DNA of 64,000 nucleotides from Picochlorum sp. SENEW3 (taxonomy: Eukaryota): positions 1,488,001-1,552,000 of the forward strand of contig CP120454.1 in the NCBI GenBank assembly GCA_034226945.1. Reading direction: 5' to 3'. Shown in pieces: positions 22,726 through 34,833 of the stretch (its first letter is position 1; each line of letters begins with the position of its first letter). Position numbers and translations under genes: made by a program. The notes below the pieces were generated by a model. That model did not search any database, was not told the origin of the DNA, and was given only the letters and a program-made list of their open reading frames with translations.

Positions 22726-25131
22726 ATGCCGACACAGGAGTATTTAATAAAGTACATTGAAGCTTCTGCGAGGTATCAGGAACTTCCCACACGTCTGAAG
22801 CTCGTTATATCTGAGGATGAATGGACGAAACGGTTCGTTGCAGTAACGCATGTGCATTATTGATTCCGATCTCGAGTAATTAACATTGTGTTCTGATTTT
22901 GAAAAGGGTCAAGGAGTATTGCGTGCATCGAGGGATGTCCTGGGAAACCTCACCAGCCAGGACGGTTTGTGACGAGAGGACGTACTATGAAACTCTCCTC
23001 TCAGAGTTTCGGATGCTGAATAGGGTGCGTGATTCATTCGACGCTGACGTACAAATCGGTTGGTAAAGATGCCATCTTTTCCATGCAGATATTTCCGTAC
23101 CATTTGGGAGAGTATATTTGCAGAGTCTTGAGAGTCAGTCCTTTCAGGTACTACAAGGACATTCTGGCAAATAGCATGAAAGAGGATAATCCGTATGACT
23201 CTATCCCTAACTTCACAGCTGCTGATGCGCTCAAGGTAGTGGGAGTGGGGAGGAATGAGTACATTGCAATCATGCAGCAGGCCAAGTCCAAAAGGCTCAT
23301 GTGGAGGGTGAACAAGGGCTTGGTACGGGATCTGCTTCCAGAGAGACCGAGATCTGTGCAGCCAGCGCCGTGGTGGCGCGTGTGTGTCGTAAATTTGGGA
23401 GAAGTGGAGTTTAGAACGATGAGTGCAGCAGAAGCAGAAGTTTGCAGACTGGCTGCAAATTATGCTGATGGGGCTCCATACAAAATGTTGGATCCACACG
23501 CTGTCTTTTCCCTGTATACGAGAGAATTGGTGTGGTTCAATATACCCATCAGCCCAGAAGACCAGGTTTCTATACCTCCATTGGAAGGTTTTGTGTCGAA
23601 CAAGACTTCCTCCGTGTCTTCTATCGATGGGATTGACCCTCTAGAGACATTGCTATATCAAATATTTGTGGCTGCCTCTGAGAGGGTACGAGTTGTTGAG
23701 CTCGCTGACATTTTGAACATTCCCATGGATAATTTGAAAGTAGGGATATCGATGGCATGTCGTTTGGGATTTTGCAACAAGCTCTCGTCGTCGCCAGAGG
23801 CATCCCTGTCAAATTCAGCCCACAGCACGGGAGACTTTTCCCCAGGGGGAGACATGCTGCAGGAGGCCATGGCTTCGCCAGCTAGCGTACAGGGAGAACT
23901 AGAATTGGGATCGCCATATAATGAACTAAAGACGAAAATAGGCAAGAGTGTGGCCTTTGTGGTGGATTCTGCAGTGACAGGATACCTCATGATGGGTGCT
24001 CTGACTCCAGAGGTGAAGAAGCACTCGGTCACCCTCTTTGAGGGAGGAAGAGTCTATGGGGCCAGTGTCATCAACGAACTTATAGATGGATTGCAGTCAA
24101 GTGTTGAAATATCAAAGGATTTCGAGGGCGAAATGCTCAATCTTGCAGCCACCGCTGCCAGCATGGCAGCAGTACTGAAATGCCTCCAATCGCAGAATCG
24201 TCCCATCGAGCTGCTACGTAAGGAATCCATGGAATCCCTTCCTCTAGCAAAGGCGGAACGAATTTTATCTCATTCGTATGACATAATAGTCCCCGCGGCA
24301 GGCTTGACAGGACCATCATTGCCGTGCTCCATATCTTCAGGTCCTGCAAACTTTGGACCACTGCCGGCATCCCTGACTCCTTGGATGAATATTGCCCTCT
24401 ACAAGCATGGTGGCCTTGGACCCAAATCACTCATCATTCCTGCTGGTCATCGGCTTCATCATCTTCCAAACTTTATATCAGACACCAATTCGGCAGTGAT
24501 GCTGTGGAGATGGGACGGAATGAAGACAGGGCTGAAGGCAGAAGATCCACTAATTATTTCTTCGAGATGCTCGTTGGCCATCATAAATTCGCTACTTACG
24601 AGCACTGCTGTACTAATACAGTCTGTTGACAGTGAAAATATAGAGAACGATGGAAACAGCCCCTCTATTGCGCACGTCCCACTTCCCCTCTCAATCCAAG
24701 AGTCCAGCGAAGAGGATATGGTGACCAGCCCCGCATTTTCAGCTCATCATGGAGAGATGACCGAGGTACACTACCACCCAAAAATACAGCGAGCTATGGA
24801 GGAGATGGGGATTTCTCAAAGCATTGGATCCGTCCAATTCATGCGGATGAAGAGAAATGGCAACTGGACATGGGTTCCCCTTGGGGTATGGCTTGGCATC
24901 CCATTGTCACCCGTGCCCTTGTGCTTGCACGTGTGCGAAACTCTAGAAAAGATGGAATTTTTGTCTCATGAGTCGTGTGAGCAACAAAGACGTGGCCAAA
25001 CAAAGTTGCAGCAGATCCTACATGATCTTATAGACTCCCACGTCCAGCCAGGGCAGCACTTGCCAATGCAGTGTGTTGGCCTTGATGAGACCGGTGTCTT
25101 TGTCCACGCTGATACGTTTTTACATTCATGA
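22726..25131 (+). CDS. FAM91A1: FAM91A1-like protein (3 exons)
   Basis: Upstream exons MPTQEYLIK...ELPTRLK...DEWTKR and VKEYC...YYETLL; IFPYHL, YDSIPNFTAAD, GVGRNEYI, VKKHSVTLFEGGR. Confidence 0.9.
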
Positions 25132-25232
25132 ATTTTTTTATCAAATGGATGACGAAATCAAATGAAAATTTTTTTGAAAGGAAAAAACAACCAAACCTTG
25201 TCTGAAGTCAATCATTTTCAGAACACAGATTG

Positions 25233-26314
25233 TCAAATCTGGATCACAGATGTTGGAGATGAGTCAACATTTTCGTCATGCGTTACGTGCTTCTTATTGT
25301 TATTCAAAGGACATTGGATTGATTTAGAATCTCCCAATCCACACAAAATTGCCGCCATTGTCGAATCAATCATATTTTGCATTGTTCCTTCAAAACTGTC
25401 GGTGGTAGTAGGGTCTTGCACGACATGAACAGGAAGAGATGGCTGTGTGAACAACCCACGATACTCCCTGATCATTAAACAGCAGGCATCCTGTATCACG
25501 CCTGTGTTTTGCAGCCCATGCTCGTCTTCGATACCAAAAATCGGGGGAGAAAACAAGGTTGCCAATTTCTCCAAGCACCCTTCCCTGTCCTGCTGGTTCA
25601 AATAAAAGTGATGCAACAATTCAAACAATGGGAACATGGCCTCCAAGATGAAAGGTTCCGTCTCCATCAACCCAGTCTTGATCACACTGAACATGGACCC
25701 CTTGTTTGTTGCAATCCCAGAACTCATCTTCCACACAGCCTCCACTGGGAGCATTGGCTCTGGCAGGGAAGACAGCCAGAGAATCAACAAATTCGCTGCA
25801 TCCTCGACTGACACCCTCTTCTGAGCATTCTTGCCTTTTAAAGGCCTCCTTCCTTCGTCATACGCGTACTTCAACTGCAAAAGCTTCTTCCTGTTCATTG
25901 GTCCCGAGAACAAGTCGTGTCCTTTCAGACCAAACTTTGACAAAAGTTTGACACAGTCAAACAACACCACCGGATACAGCCCCTGCCGTGCCAAATCCTA
26001 CATTAATCCAATAAAATCTCAGAAATAGATCAATGCGCCATTCATATCACCACTACCGTCACCAAAGCGAGGTACGAACAACCACTAGGGTAACTCCCGA
26101 TCCTACTACTCCAGCCCAAATGTGACGCATCAGCGTACCTTTAAACTACAGCCAAACGCGACTGACTGATAATGAAGTGGGAAGTCGTTCATATTGAACG
26201 CCTGTTGTGTACCCGGACTCGGATGGAATCAAAAGCCAAGTCAGCGCGTAACAATACGAGTTGTTGCTGCGACACGATTCTCTGTGTGACCTAGATCATC
26301 ATACAGGCAAACAT
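25233..26314 (-). CDS. RhoGAP-domain-like protein (5' exons inferred)
   Basis: Spliced AFGCSLK|DLARQGLYPVVLFDCV; DAANLLILWLSSLPEPML; LATLFSPPIF. Confidence 0.7.
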
Positions 26315-26520
26315 CAGATCAAATGAATTAAATAATATTTGCCACAAATGTACTGCGTACGAGGGAATGTTGGTGATGATGCTAAAGAATCCAAAGACGC
26401 ATCTGCCATGGGATATCCCACGTCGATACCCTAGTCTATCTGTCCCTTCACATCTACTCTCTGACCGATCTTATCGAAGAAGAAGAAGAAGAAAGAAGAT
26501 TCAGGGTATCTAAAATTGGA

Positions 26521-27297
26521 TCAGCAGTCGTACCAATATCCTGATCTAAAATGCTGCACGCGAGGAGTAATAGTCTTAATGCATTCTCGCCAGCTATCGA
26601 CGCTTCTGCTCGCCTGTCTCGCCAAAATGCACGTCTGTGCAGTTGGGTATTTCCAAATCTCGACAAGGTTGTTCAGCATGCCCACATCTGTGTACCCAAA
26701 GAAGACGAGCTCATGGCCCTCCAGGCCCCGATCCGAGGCGGCCTGAATCTTCTCGGGAATGGCCTTCTGGAAGGCCTCAAGGACGCTGGGGATGGTGTCA
26801 TATCCTGCCTGGAACTGGTACTCTCGAATTTCCAGCATGGCTCCTCTCGTCATTGCTCCTCCGGAAGGGGCAGATGTACTCATCATAATGTTTGATGCAG
26901 GTTTGTATATCGCATTCTTCTGCGCAGTCATCATGTCTTTTGCCCGAGGCAAGTATTCCTGGGCCCACTCGTGTGACTCTGAAGCTTTCCTACGAACGTC
27001 GTCTCTGTGATCGAAATCCTTGTATTTGTACAGATGGAGGAACGAATTCAACTCTTCAGACCCTATATCTGATTTGTACATTCCGATCACAGGCAAGAGC
27101 GATGTCCGCAGGTCCCTGGTTGAGTTGACAAGGCTCATAAACTCTCCAAACATGTTTGGCTTGATGGTGTAGTTCCTGACCTCCACCATATAGTCATTGT
27201 CCATCTCATGGATTGAAGAACTATATCTGATACAATTGGACAATCCTCCAAGCCCACCGAGACGCCCAGCCCTCCTCAGTGCCCCCGCAACGACCAT
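26521..27297 (-). CDS. NIPSNAP family protein, probably mitochondrial
   Basis: Two NIPSNAP halves: EVRNYTIKP...HLYKYKDFDHRDDVR and EIREYQF...TDVGMLNNLVEIWKY. Confidence 0.9.
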   Translation of the reverse strand: MVVAGALRRAGRLGGLGGLSNCIRYSSSIHEMDNDYMVEVRNYTIKPNMFGEFMSLVNSTRDLRTSLLPVIGMYKSDIGSEELNSFLHLYKYKDFDHRDDVRRKASESHEWAQEYLPRAKDMMTAQKNAIYKPASNIMMSTSAPSGGAMTRGAMLEIREYQFQAGYDTIPSVLEAFQKAIPEKIQAASDRGLEGHELVFFGYTDVGMLNNLVEIWKYPTAQTCILARQASRSVDSWRECIKTITPRVQHFRSGYWYDC

Positions 27298-27554
27298 GCT
27301 CTACAGCAAAATTCTGCACTTGTGACCAACAAATGCCTTTCACTCGGACACCGATGCAACTATGATGTACTATTTACCATTAATCAGGCGTGGATGCTGT
27401 CATGTGCCATGGTGGCATTTTGAGCTCAGGGCCTCATGAGGCCCTCATCATGATGAGGGTGATGAATGCGCCATAGAATGGGTGGGATACCCCGCACCCA
27501 TGCATTAATTCATTGTAAATATAAGAGGGATATGGAGAATGAGATAGCATAGCA

Positions 27555-28572
27555 ATGGTGACATCAAAGTCCACCATTAGGACTTTTTCCAGACCGTGGC
27601 AAGCACTTTACGGTGTCAGAATTCACTCGACAAAGGCAGTGGGTGCACGCGACATTGATGTTTCAGAAGAGGAAGAGGAGCGAGTTCTATCTCTAATTGA
27701 GCAGCTGCTTCCTGAGGAGTTGTTGCTGGAGTGTTTCCAATGGTTGCCATTCCAGTCCTTGGCCATGGCCAGGTGTGTATGCGCGCAATGGAATCGCGTT
27801 GGGGATGATCGAGGATTTTGGAAATCTGCGTGTAAAGAGGTTTTTTGCCTCGAGCCATGGAATACGGTGGAGGAGGAGTATGTACAGAAAATGTTTCCTC
27901 CTCTCCACTGCAGTTGGAAAAACATGTACTTGGATAGGCCCCACGTGCGATTTGATGGCATGTACGTCTCTCGAAATACGTACATTAGAACAGGGATACC
28001 GGAGTGGAAGGTGAAGAACCCGGTCCACCTTGTCTGCTACTATAGATATATCAGGTTTCTTCCTGATGGAAGGTGCGATGCATCATCATGAGCATAGATT
28101 CGTAGGGATGCATTCGGTACTCGAATAATCCTACCATATATTGCTTGGCTGCAGGATGATGTATAGAACGAGTCCAATGGTACTGAGGCAGGTTGCCAAG
28201 TCTTTCCTTGCACCAGATGCAGCTGTGGCCGAGGTCTTCCTGGGGAAATTCAAACTGGTCAAGCATACAGTATATACAGCATTTATGTATCCAAACAGCT
28301 TTTCTACTGAGGTTCGATCGAAGTTGAGGCTCCGATCGACCAGTAGGGGGGCATTCAATAGGCTTGACATTGATTCCATAGTCTCATATGACAGAGAGCG
28401 AGGGGTGTCTGTTCCAATGATGCATCCAGTGGATTCGGATGATGCCATTCTAGGGGAAAAGAGAGTATACAAAAGGGGCGTAGAACCGTATGTATTCGTC
28501 TCGTGGAGCCAAATGGACACGCATGTTATTAATAAATCGGTCCATGAGATGGACATTTTCATCGCTGGATAA
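27555..28572 (+). CDS. F-box protein, FBXO9/FBP7-like (intron 28073-28154)
   Basis: F-box LPEELLLECF...CVCAQW; RPHVRFDGMYVSRNTYIRTG; VHLVCYYRYIRFLPDG. Confidence 0.9.
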
Positions 28573-28717
28573 ACGAAGGTATGATGGTCTCTCTAGGGAC
28601 CATCATCATTCATGGGTGGTATAGCCCACAATTTATATAAATTGACAGTTGAACTGTATTCATTGTAATGTAATATCTGTTCTTGGTGGTATATTGGTCA
28701 TTGTTTGTTTTCAACCA

Positions 28718-29984
28718 TGCATGTCGCTGCACATTGCGGGACACGTGTCCGTTTGGATCTCAACCACATTGTAGCAACGGGAAGTTTCTTTAGACCTATA
28801 CGTCATCTATCTTCTTTGGAAGTATATGGAGTGGCAAGGAACCGTAGAAATGGGTCTTGTGGAAGACTGGTCTGGCGTCAGCTTGGAGCCCTTGCTCCAG
28901 TGTGTGCTGGAGGTTTGCAGGATACTCGGGATGACAAGGAGTACTGTGTCGTAAATTTCTATCATTTGGTTGATATTGTAGACCCAGATGAGGTGATCAG
29001 TCGGCACAAGGAGTATCTTGAAGACAAGGAAGTGAAAGGAAGAATTTACATTTCTGAACAGGGAATCAATGCCCAGTTTGGCGGCGTGACAGAAGATGCA
29101 GTGGGATATGCTGAGTGGCTGATTTCCAATGAGCCACATTTTGATACTCTGGAGTATTCCGTCGATCCTGTGGAGACGCACATGTTCCCAAAATTGAGGC
29201 TGCAGTACAAGGCCAACTTGATCTCTCTCTCTGGTGGAATGCAGGCAGTGCCGGTGACAAATCCCGAGGCTCGAGCCACAAAAGTGAAGCCATCTGACTG
29301 GAAAAAAATGTTGCAACAGGGTGTCGAGGGACGTACACCAGTCGTGCTGGATGTCAGAAACTCGTATGAGTGGGATGCAGGCCATTTTGAGGGGGCAGAG
29401 CGACCTTTGGAAGATAATTTTCATGAAACCCCCACAGAAGCTACAGAAGACCCCCTTCCAAAATATCTGGAAGGCCTTGAACCAGAAACGCCAGTCATGA
29501 TGTATTGCACCGGAGGTATTCGGTGTGATGTGTACTCAACATATTTGAAACAAAAAGGATTCCAGAATCTCTACACATTGGAGGGTGGAATCCAGAATTA
29601 CATGAAAAACGAAGGGTTAGATCACTGGAAAGGTTCTCTCTATGTATTTGACGGCCGAATGGCTATCCGACCGAACAAGGATGCACAAGAACCTCTCGAA
29701 CCAGTTGCAAGCTGTGCCCTGTGTGGAGGCAAAGCCATTCTGCCTCATTTAAATTGCGCGAATGTCGACTGCAATAAGTTATTCCTTACATGCCAAGAGT
29801 GCCAGGTAGGTATATTGAATGTTATTCCTATCATGACGCGTGATCGACCAGCATCTGTACTGTGTAGGACAAGCTCCAGGGGTGCTGCTGTGAGCAGTGT
29901 ACGAAAGCGCCCCGATTGGTGCGACCAATCAAACCCGAGGGTGCCTATGGGCAGTACGGTAAAATGACACAATATATGAATTAA
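28718..29984 (+). CDS. Rhodanese-domain protein, TrhO/UPF0176 (STR8-like); intron about 29806-29868
   Basis: GRIYISEQGINAQF, LDVRNSYEWDAGHF, MYCTGGIRC, LEGGI, YVFDGR, NCANVDCN. Confidence 0.9.
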
Positions 29985-30068
29985 TTTATTGTAATTGGGA
30001 AATTCATCACATCATTTGATCGAGTGTTAATCCAAATACGACCCTTCCTCAAGGCAGCTGAATTCTTC

Positions 30069-30878
30069 ATGGATGTACTACACGAGTGCATCTCCACGAG
30101 CGATATTGGCACTCTGGGAAAAAAGTTAGATGAGATGGAACTGCAGGTATGCGCATCCGTTCCACCGGAGTCCACGGTGGCAAGGGACTGGCGTGGATTC
30201 GAATCGATACTCACAGTCTGTTGATATATGCAGCATCCTGAAGCATTTGAGAGTGATACTTGGCCACATGGACTTCATTTAATGGCACATATAGCTGCAC
30301 GTGATCTGTACGCCGGTGGTCTTTGAAACTGCCCGATTATTCACATAAGTGTAACGAGATGTTTCTGACTGTTGGTGTAGGCCTAACGCTCGGTTCATGT
30401 CGAAGCGAATACCAGACAAGATTGCATCGCGCGATGCTGCTGTGAAGAAAGCCCATGCTGTCCTTCGACTGTTGTGGAACAAGGAGTATGTTCTGGTGTG
30501 GGAGGAACTCGAGTTTGACTGGCCTGAAGAGTACAAAGACGTCGTGGACTACCTAGCAGAGGACATCAAGAAACATGTTTTACAAATGATAGGAAGAGTG
30601 TACAGTCGCATTAGTCTAGCTACAGTAGCAAAGCTAACAAACTGTTCTGATGAGGATGCCATAGAGTGTACGTGTGTTTGTTTGTGTACTAAACTATTCT
30701 AATCTGTTCTGGTCTAATGAATTACGATATCGTGCATGATACTCCAGTAGCTTCTAAGGAATGCAACGCAGTCAAAGAAGGAGACTTCCTAGTCATGCCA
30801 GGAGACTCGGCAGAGAGGGAGAAACTTTCTGAGACAGATGTGCAAATGCTCCAATCAATTCTTGTTCACATCAGCTGA
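30069..30878 (+). CDS. CSN8: COP9 signalosome subunit 8 (PCI domain), about 4 exons
   Basis: Spliced LDEMELQ...HLMAHI..DL.NARFMSKRIP...LW...IGRVYSRISLATVAKL fits the CSN8/PCI pattern. Confidence 0.75.
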
Positions 30879-30888
30879 TAGTGTTTCG

Positions 30889-31503
30889 TTATTTTTTTCC
30901 ATTGATTTGCAATGCACATATCTGCAAGCATTCGGACAGGCAGTACTTTCCACTTCTGTATCCTTCCTTGAACACCACAACCTCCTTGCGAACTGCCATG
31001 GGACCCAGTCCTGGGGCACCCTGGCCTCCTCTGATGCATGTCGATGTGCACCGCCTAGTACATTGTTGAATCTCTTTACCTTTTGGACCCTGTAGATACG
31101 AGCTCAGCCTAGGGGATTTTTCTTTGCTTGAATCATCTGATGCCTCCAAGCCTTGAGGGACAGTCTGGAAATACTGCTCTTTGGCCTCCACCCCCGGTTC
31201 TATCCTGATTCCCTCCATACTATGCGCAGACAGGGAAAAAGATGATGCCTGCACAATGTGTATTGCATTCGTGGGTGCAGTCCTCAAGACGCTAGAAGAA
31301 CAGTGGAAAGAGTGCACTAAAGAGACACGCACCAAGGCTACAGCAGCCACCATCAACACCCTGGATGTTTTTTCCCTGATATGACTATGTAAACTAGTTC
31401 TATTGGTACCAGTTCGCTCGCCAACACGCACGTGTATGGCCTTTCCCTGTACATTACCCCTCTGTATGTCCCCAACAGGGAGCTTTTTCATGATACCCGT
31501 CAT
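30889..31503 (-). CDS. Conserved green-lineage Cys-rich plastid protein
   Basis: CTRRCTSTCIRGGQGAPGLGP...VVFKEGYRSGKYCLSECLQIC; probable in-frame intron 31249-31332. 5' structure uncertain. Confidence 0.65.
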   Translation of the reverse strand: MTGIMKKLPVGDIQRGNVQGKAIHVRVGERTGTNRTSLHSHIREKTSRVLMVAAVALVRVSLVHSFHCSSSVLRTAPTNAIHIVQASSFSLSAHSMEGIRIEPGVEAKEQYFQTVPQGLEASDDSSKEKSPRLSSYLQGPKGKEIQQCTRRCTSTCIRGGQGAPGLGPMAVRKEVVVFKEGYRSGKYCLSECLQICALQINGKK

Positions 31504-31746
31504 CTATACATATGGTATACGTATGTTCATGTCAAATTATCGATGGATGGAGGATATTGATGGCAATCAAGACTTCTCCTGGACAATTTGCTGATATATT
31601 CCGTAAATAGATATTGAATACATTGGTGGGTTTTAAAACCACATGGTTTCGATCCTCGTGAATAGTTGGATACAGATCTCAAATCCCGTGCGATTTAAAT
31701 ATCTACGCCGTGCTGTCTTCGTATCTTATGGTGTGAAAGGCGCAAT

Positions 31747-32517
31747 ATGCGAACACTACTGTGTAGGGCACTTGGAACGAGGATGCAGTCAGTACACGCG
31801 AAAGAATCTGCGATTGCGCAGTCCTTGACGAATGTTCTATCAAGAGCTCGCGAGGCGTCACTCAAAGCTGGGAGGGAGGTGCCACCCAGGCTTGTAGCTG
31901 TGAGCAAGACGAAACCAGTGTCTGACCTTCGAGAAGCGTATGACGCAGGACAGCGCTACTTTGGCGAAAATTATGTACAAGAAATAGTAGAGAAGAGCCC
32001 TGAGCTTCCCAATGACGTGCAGTGGCATTTTATAGGGCACTTGCAGTCGAATAAAGTGAAGACACTTTTGGAAGGAGTTCCCTCTTTGGCATGCATTGAG
32101 ACTGTAGACAGTCAAAAGCTGGCGAGTAAGCTTGACAGTGCGATCGAAAAGCTTTCGAGAGGTAGTTTAAGGGTTTTTGTTCAGGTGAACACGAGTGGAG
32201 AGGAAAGCAAGTATGGAGTGGAGCCTGGGCCAGACTGTGTCTCTCTCTGCAAACATATCGAAGAGTCTTGTCCTCACCTCACATTGGCCGGGCTGATGAC
32301 AATTGGCCAACCAGACTATTCTTCAAGGCCAGAAAATTTCGTCAATCTTAAGGAGTGCAGGAAAGAGGTATGTACGGCCCTGGGAAAGCAGGAAGGCTTG
32401 CTGGAACTCAGCATGGGGATGAGTGGGGACTTTGTCCAGGCCACAGAAATGGGGAGTACAAACATACGCGTTGGATCAACAATATTTGGTGCTAGAGACT
32501 ATTCGAATAAAAAGTAG
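31747..32517 (+). CDS. PLPBP: PLP homeostasis protein (YggS/PROSC)
   Basis: LVAVSKTKP, FGENYVQE, WHFIGHLQSNK, QVNTSGEESK, LSMGMSGDF, RVGSTIFG. Confidence 0.97.
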   Translation: MRTLLCRALGTRMQSVHAKESAIAQSLTNVLSRAREASLKAGREVPPRLVAVSKTKPVSDLREAYDAGQRYFGENYVQEIVEKSPELPNDVQWHFIGHLQSNKVKTLLEGVPSLACIETVDSQKLASKLDSAIEKLSRGSLRVFVQVNTSGEESKYGVEPGPDCVSLCKHIEESCPHLTLAGLMTIGQPDYSSRPENFVNLKECRKEVCTALGKQEGLLELSMGMSGDFVQATEMGSTNIRVGSTIFGARDYSNKK

Positions 32518-32526
32518 AAGAGTTGC

Positions 32527-33662
32527 TTACACTGGGAAGATAGAGTCAGGGAGTTGCTCATCCAAGAGGAATACTCTTTGCAAGCAAAGGCCTTTGCCTT
32601 CGGCCACTTGATACTGCGATTTTTGATTGTACAATTTCGTTTCATCGCCTTGTAAAAGGATGTCGATATCCTCCCTATCTAGCTTGTGGTATCCCACTGC
32701 AATCAGCACGCCCACCATGTTTCGGACTTGTTTGTACAGAAAACCTTTACCCATGACTGCCACCCGAATGCCCCCTGGAATATCCCCCAGCTTGCATTCA
32801 TATATCATTCGCTCTGAGCTTTCGAGAGCAAGATCAGTCTTATTCGTAAGCAACCGAAAGTCCCTCAGGCCAACAAAGGACTGGCATCCTTCCCTCATGG
32901 CATCAATATCAAGCTCAGCTGGATTTTTCGGCACATGCCTATACCTGCAGGTGAAAGGATCTCTATATTTGTCTAGATGGATATCGTACGTATAAATCTT
33001 GCCATTCGTGAACCTCACATTGAAATCATCCTCTACAGGTGACAGAGCAGATGTCACTATACTTGATGGAAGCATGCTATTCATCGCACGAACAAACGTC
33101 TCCTCATTCAGAACCCTATTTGAATAGAACTCTACGTACTGTTGTCGCGCATGTACTCCAGAGTCTGTGCGTGCAGCCCCTTGCACCACCAGATGATCCC
33201 TGTGCATCCCATGCAGAAACCTGCACAGGGACCTCTCCAGGGCTGCTTGCACCGTTGGCACAGAGGGCTGCAGCTGAAATCCACAAAAGTCCGTACCATC
33301 GTATGCAACTTCAAAGACGTACTTTTGCCTCAATCCCCCTTTGTGGGTGCAGGCTCCTGATGCACCATCAACAGACCCCCTACAATAAGAACGATGCCAA
33401 TGACCCATGGCATCGATACTGCTTCTCTGAAAAATACTGCACCTAGTATGCCACTCATAATGATGTTGGATCCTACAGACACTCCTGTGGCTCGCAGTGA
33501 CGATGTGTGGCGCATAGATGCCGAGAAGAGGAACAGCATCCCACCGTTTGTCTACAAACACAATACAAGGTTTTCTATCAGTGGCGAACCTCATCACGTC
33601 GCCTGCCATTAAATACTCGTACCAAGACCATGAGAATGTATAGAAATATTCTGAGGCCCCAT
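32527..33662 (-). CDS. truA: tRNA pseudouridine synthase TruA family; N-terminal extension overlaps the TMEM42-like gene in the -1 frame (start 33662 if spliced, or 33408)
   Basis: YVFEVAYDGTDFCGFQLQ, TVQ, AARTDSGVHA, GKGFLYKQVRNMVG, GLCL. The start is inferred. Confidence 0.9.
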
Positions 33663-33763
33663 CGATCCTCAAAATAGAGCCCAGCACACTTTCCTAGAGC
33701 AGCAGACGTTGCACCCAAACAACCAGCAGAGACACCCAAGTATAGCCACCAGGACTTCAGCAT
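33330..33763 (-). CDS. TMEM42-like small DMT/EamA-type membrane protein (exons 33623-33763, 33330-33551)
   Basis: SAGCLGATSAALGK; TNGGMLFLFSASM; SNIIMSGILGAVFFRE..WVIGIVLIVGG. 71-nt GT-AG intron. Confidence 0.85.
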
Positions 33764-33949
33764 GAATCCATCTATGTACTCAAATATCCAATTGCAAATT
33801 CCTCTTCACTGGATCGAATTTTGTCGCAGAATAACCTCCGATCGGCATCTCGGCTGACCCATGACTACATTGAATTCGAATGCATGCCGCATTCGAATTC
33901 GAATCAAAGATGGGCCGCTGACAAAGGAGACCCCTGTATCATTTACTAT

Positions 33950-34556
33950 ATGGTTCGTGAGTATTTAGAGATTCGGTCGGGCAGGGCAGGGGCCGGACTG
34001 TTCGTTGGCTGTGGAGCAGGTAGGTGCAGTTCTCGCGGACTAGTAAATACGGCCAGATGGCCATGCATGGCCTGGAGAAACGCTCTTCCTTTTGTTCGCA
34101 GGTATTGGATACCTCTCCCCCGTCAACATCTATGCGGTTCCAGTGGTTGGGCAAATGGTAGGCAGTATTCTGCAGAATATTTCAAGAGCTGACCAGGGAC
34201 TTGGTGGGATAGGTCACCGCGTTACCTCGCTACTTGGTTCGGTCCAGTTTCCAGGTGGAGTTCGCGCGGGCGTGGGCTGCGGAGTTGGAATTGGATATGG
34301 CTGGGGCATTGGAGTCATGCTCAAGCCCAGTGCATCTTCGCGGATTGTGGACACTGTAAGGTCTCTCCTGCCTGCGCAGGCACTCCACGTATCCTCCGAT
34401 CCGCATGACAGCTCAGCACCTGAGATTGCTGGGACCACCAAAGAAAATAGGACGGATGTTGTGCTGAGGGAGGAATTCGAAACTCTGAAGCACAGGGTTG
34501 AGGATTTGGAGAGAGAGATGACCCTTTTAAGGCATGACTCCAAACACACGCGATGA
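33950..34556 (+). CDS. Gly-rich conserved protein with C-terminal coiled coil (intron 34020-34101)
   Basis: GAGLFVGCGAGIG and AGVGCGVGIGYGWGIG motifs; terminal heptads. Confidence 0.7.
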
Positions 34557-34833
34557 CGACTTCCGCTCTGCCCAAGTTCGCGCAGCTAAGAATAAAAATA
34601 CATCGTAGCCCTACCTCCTCCGACTATGCGACCTGGGAGGTCATACTCGAAAGGACTGACAGCGGGAGCACTCGTGATATTTGTGGGACTCGTTGCGTCA
34701 TATCCAGTGTTGCACGCAACCAAAGGGCCAAAGGTACTATTTAATTGAATTGAAACTTTCCATGGAGCATTAAGGAAACGAATCTATGTCTATATTGTTC
34801 AGATTAGCGAAGGAACGAAGGGTCTAAATCCAG

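Noticed and set aside
33330..33345. Programmed -1 frameshift making a TMEM42-TruA fusion at A AAG GGG
   Set aside because: Not a canonical X XXW WWH slippery heptamer and no clear stimulatory structure. An in-frame AUG explains TruA more simply.
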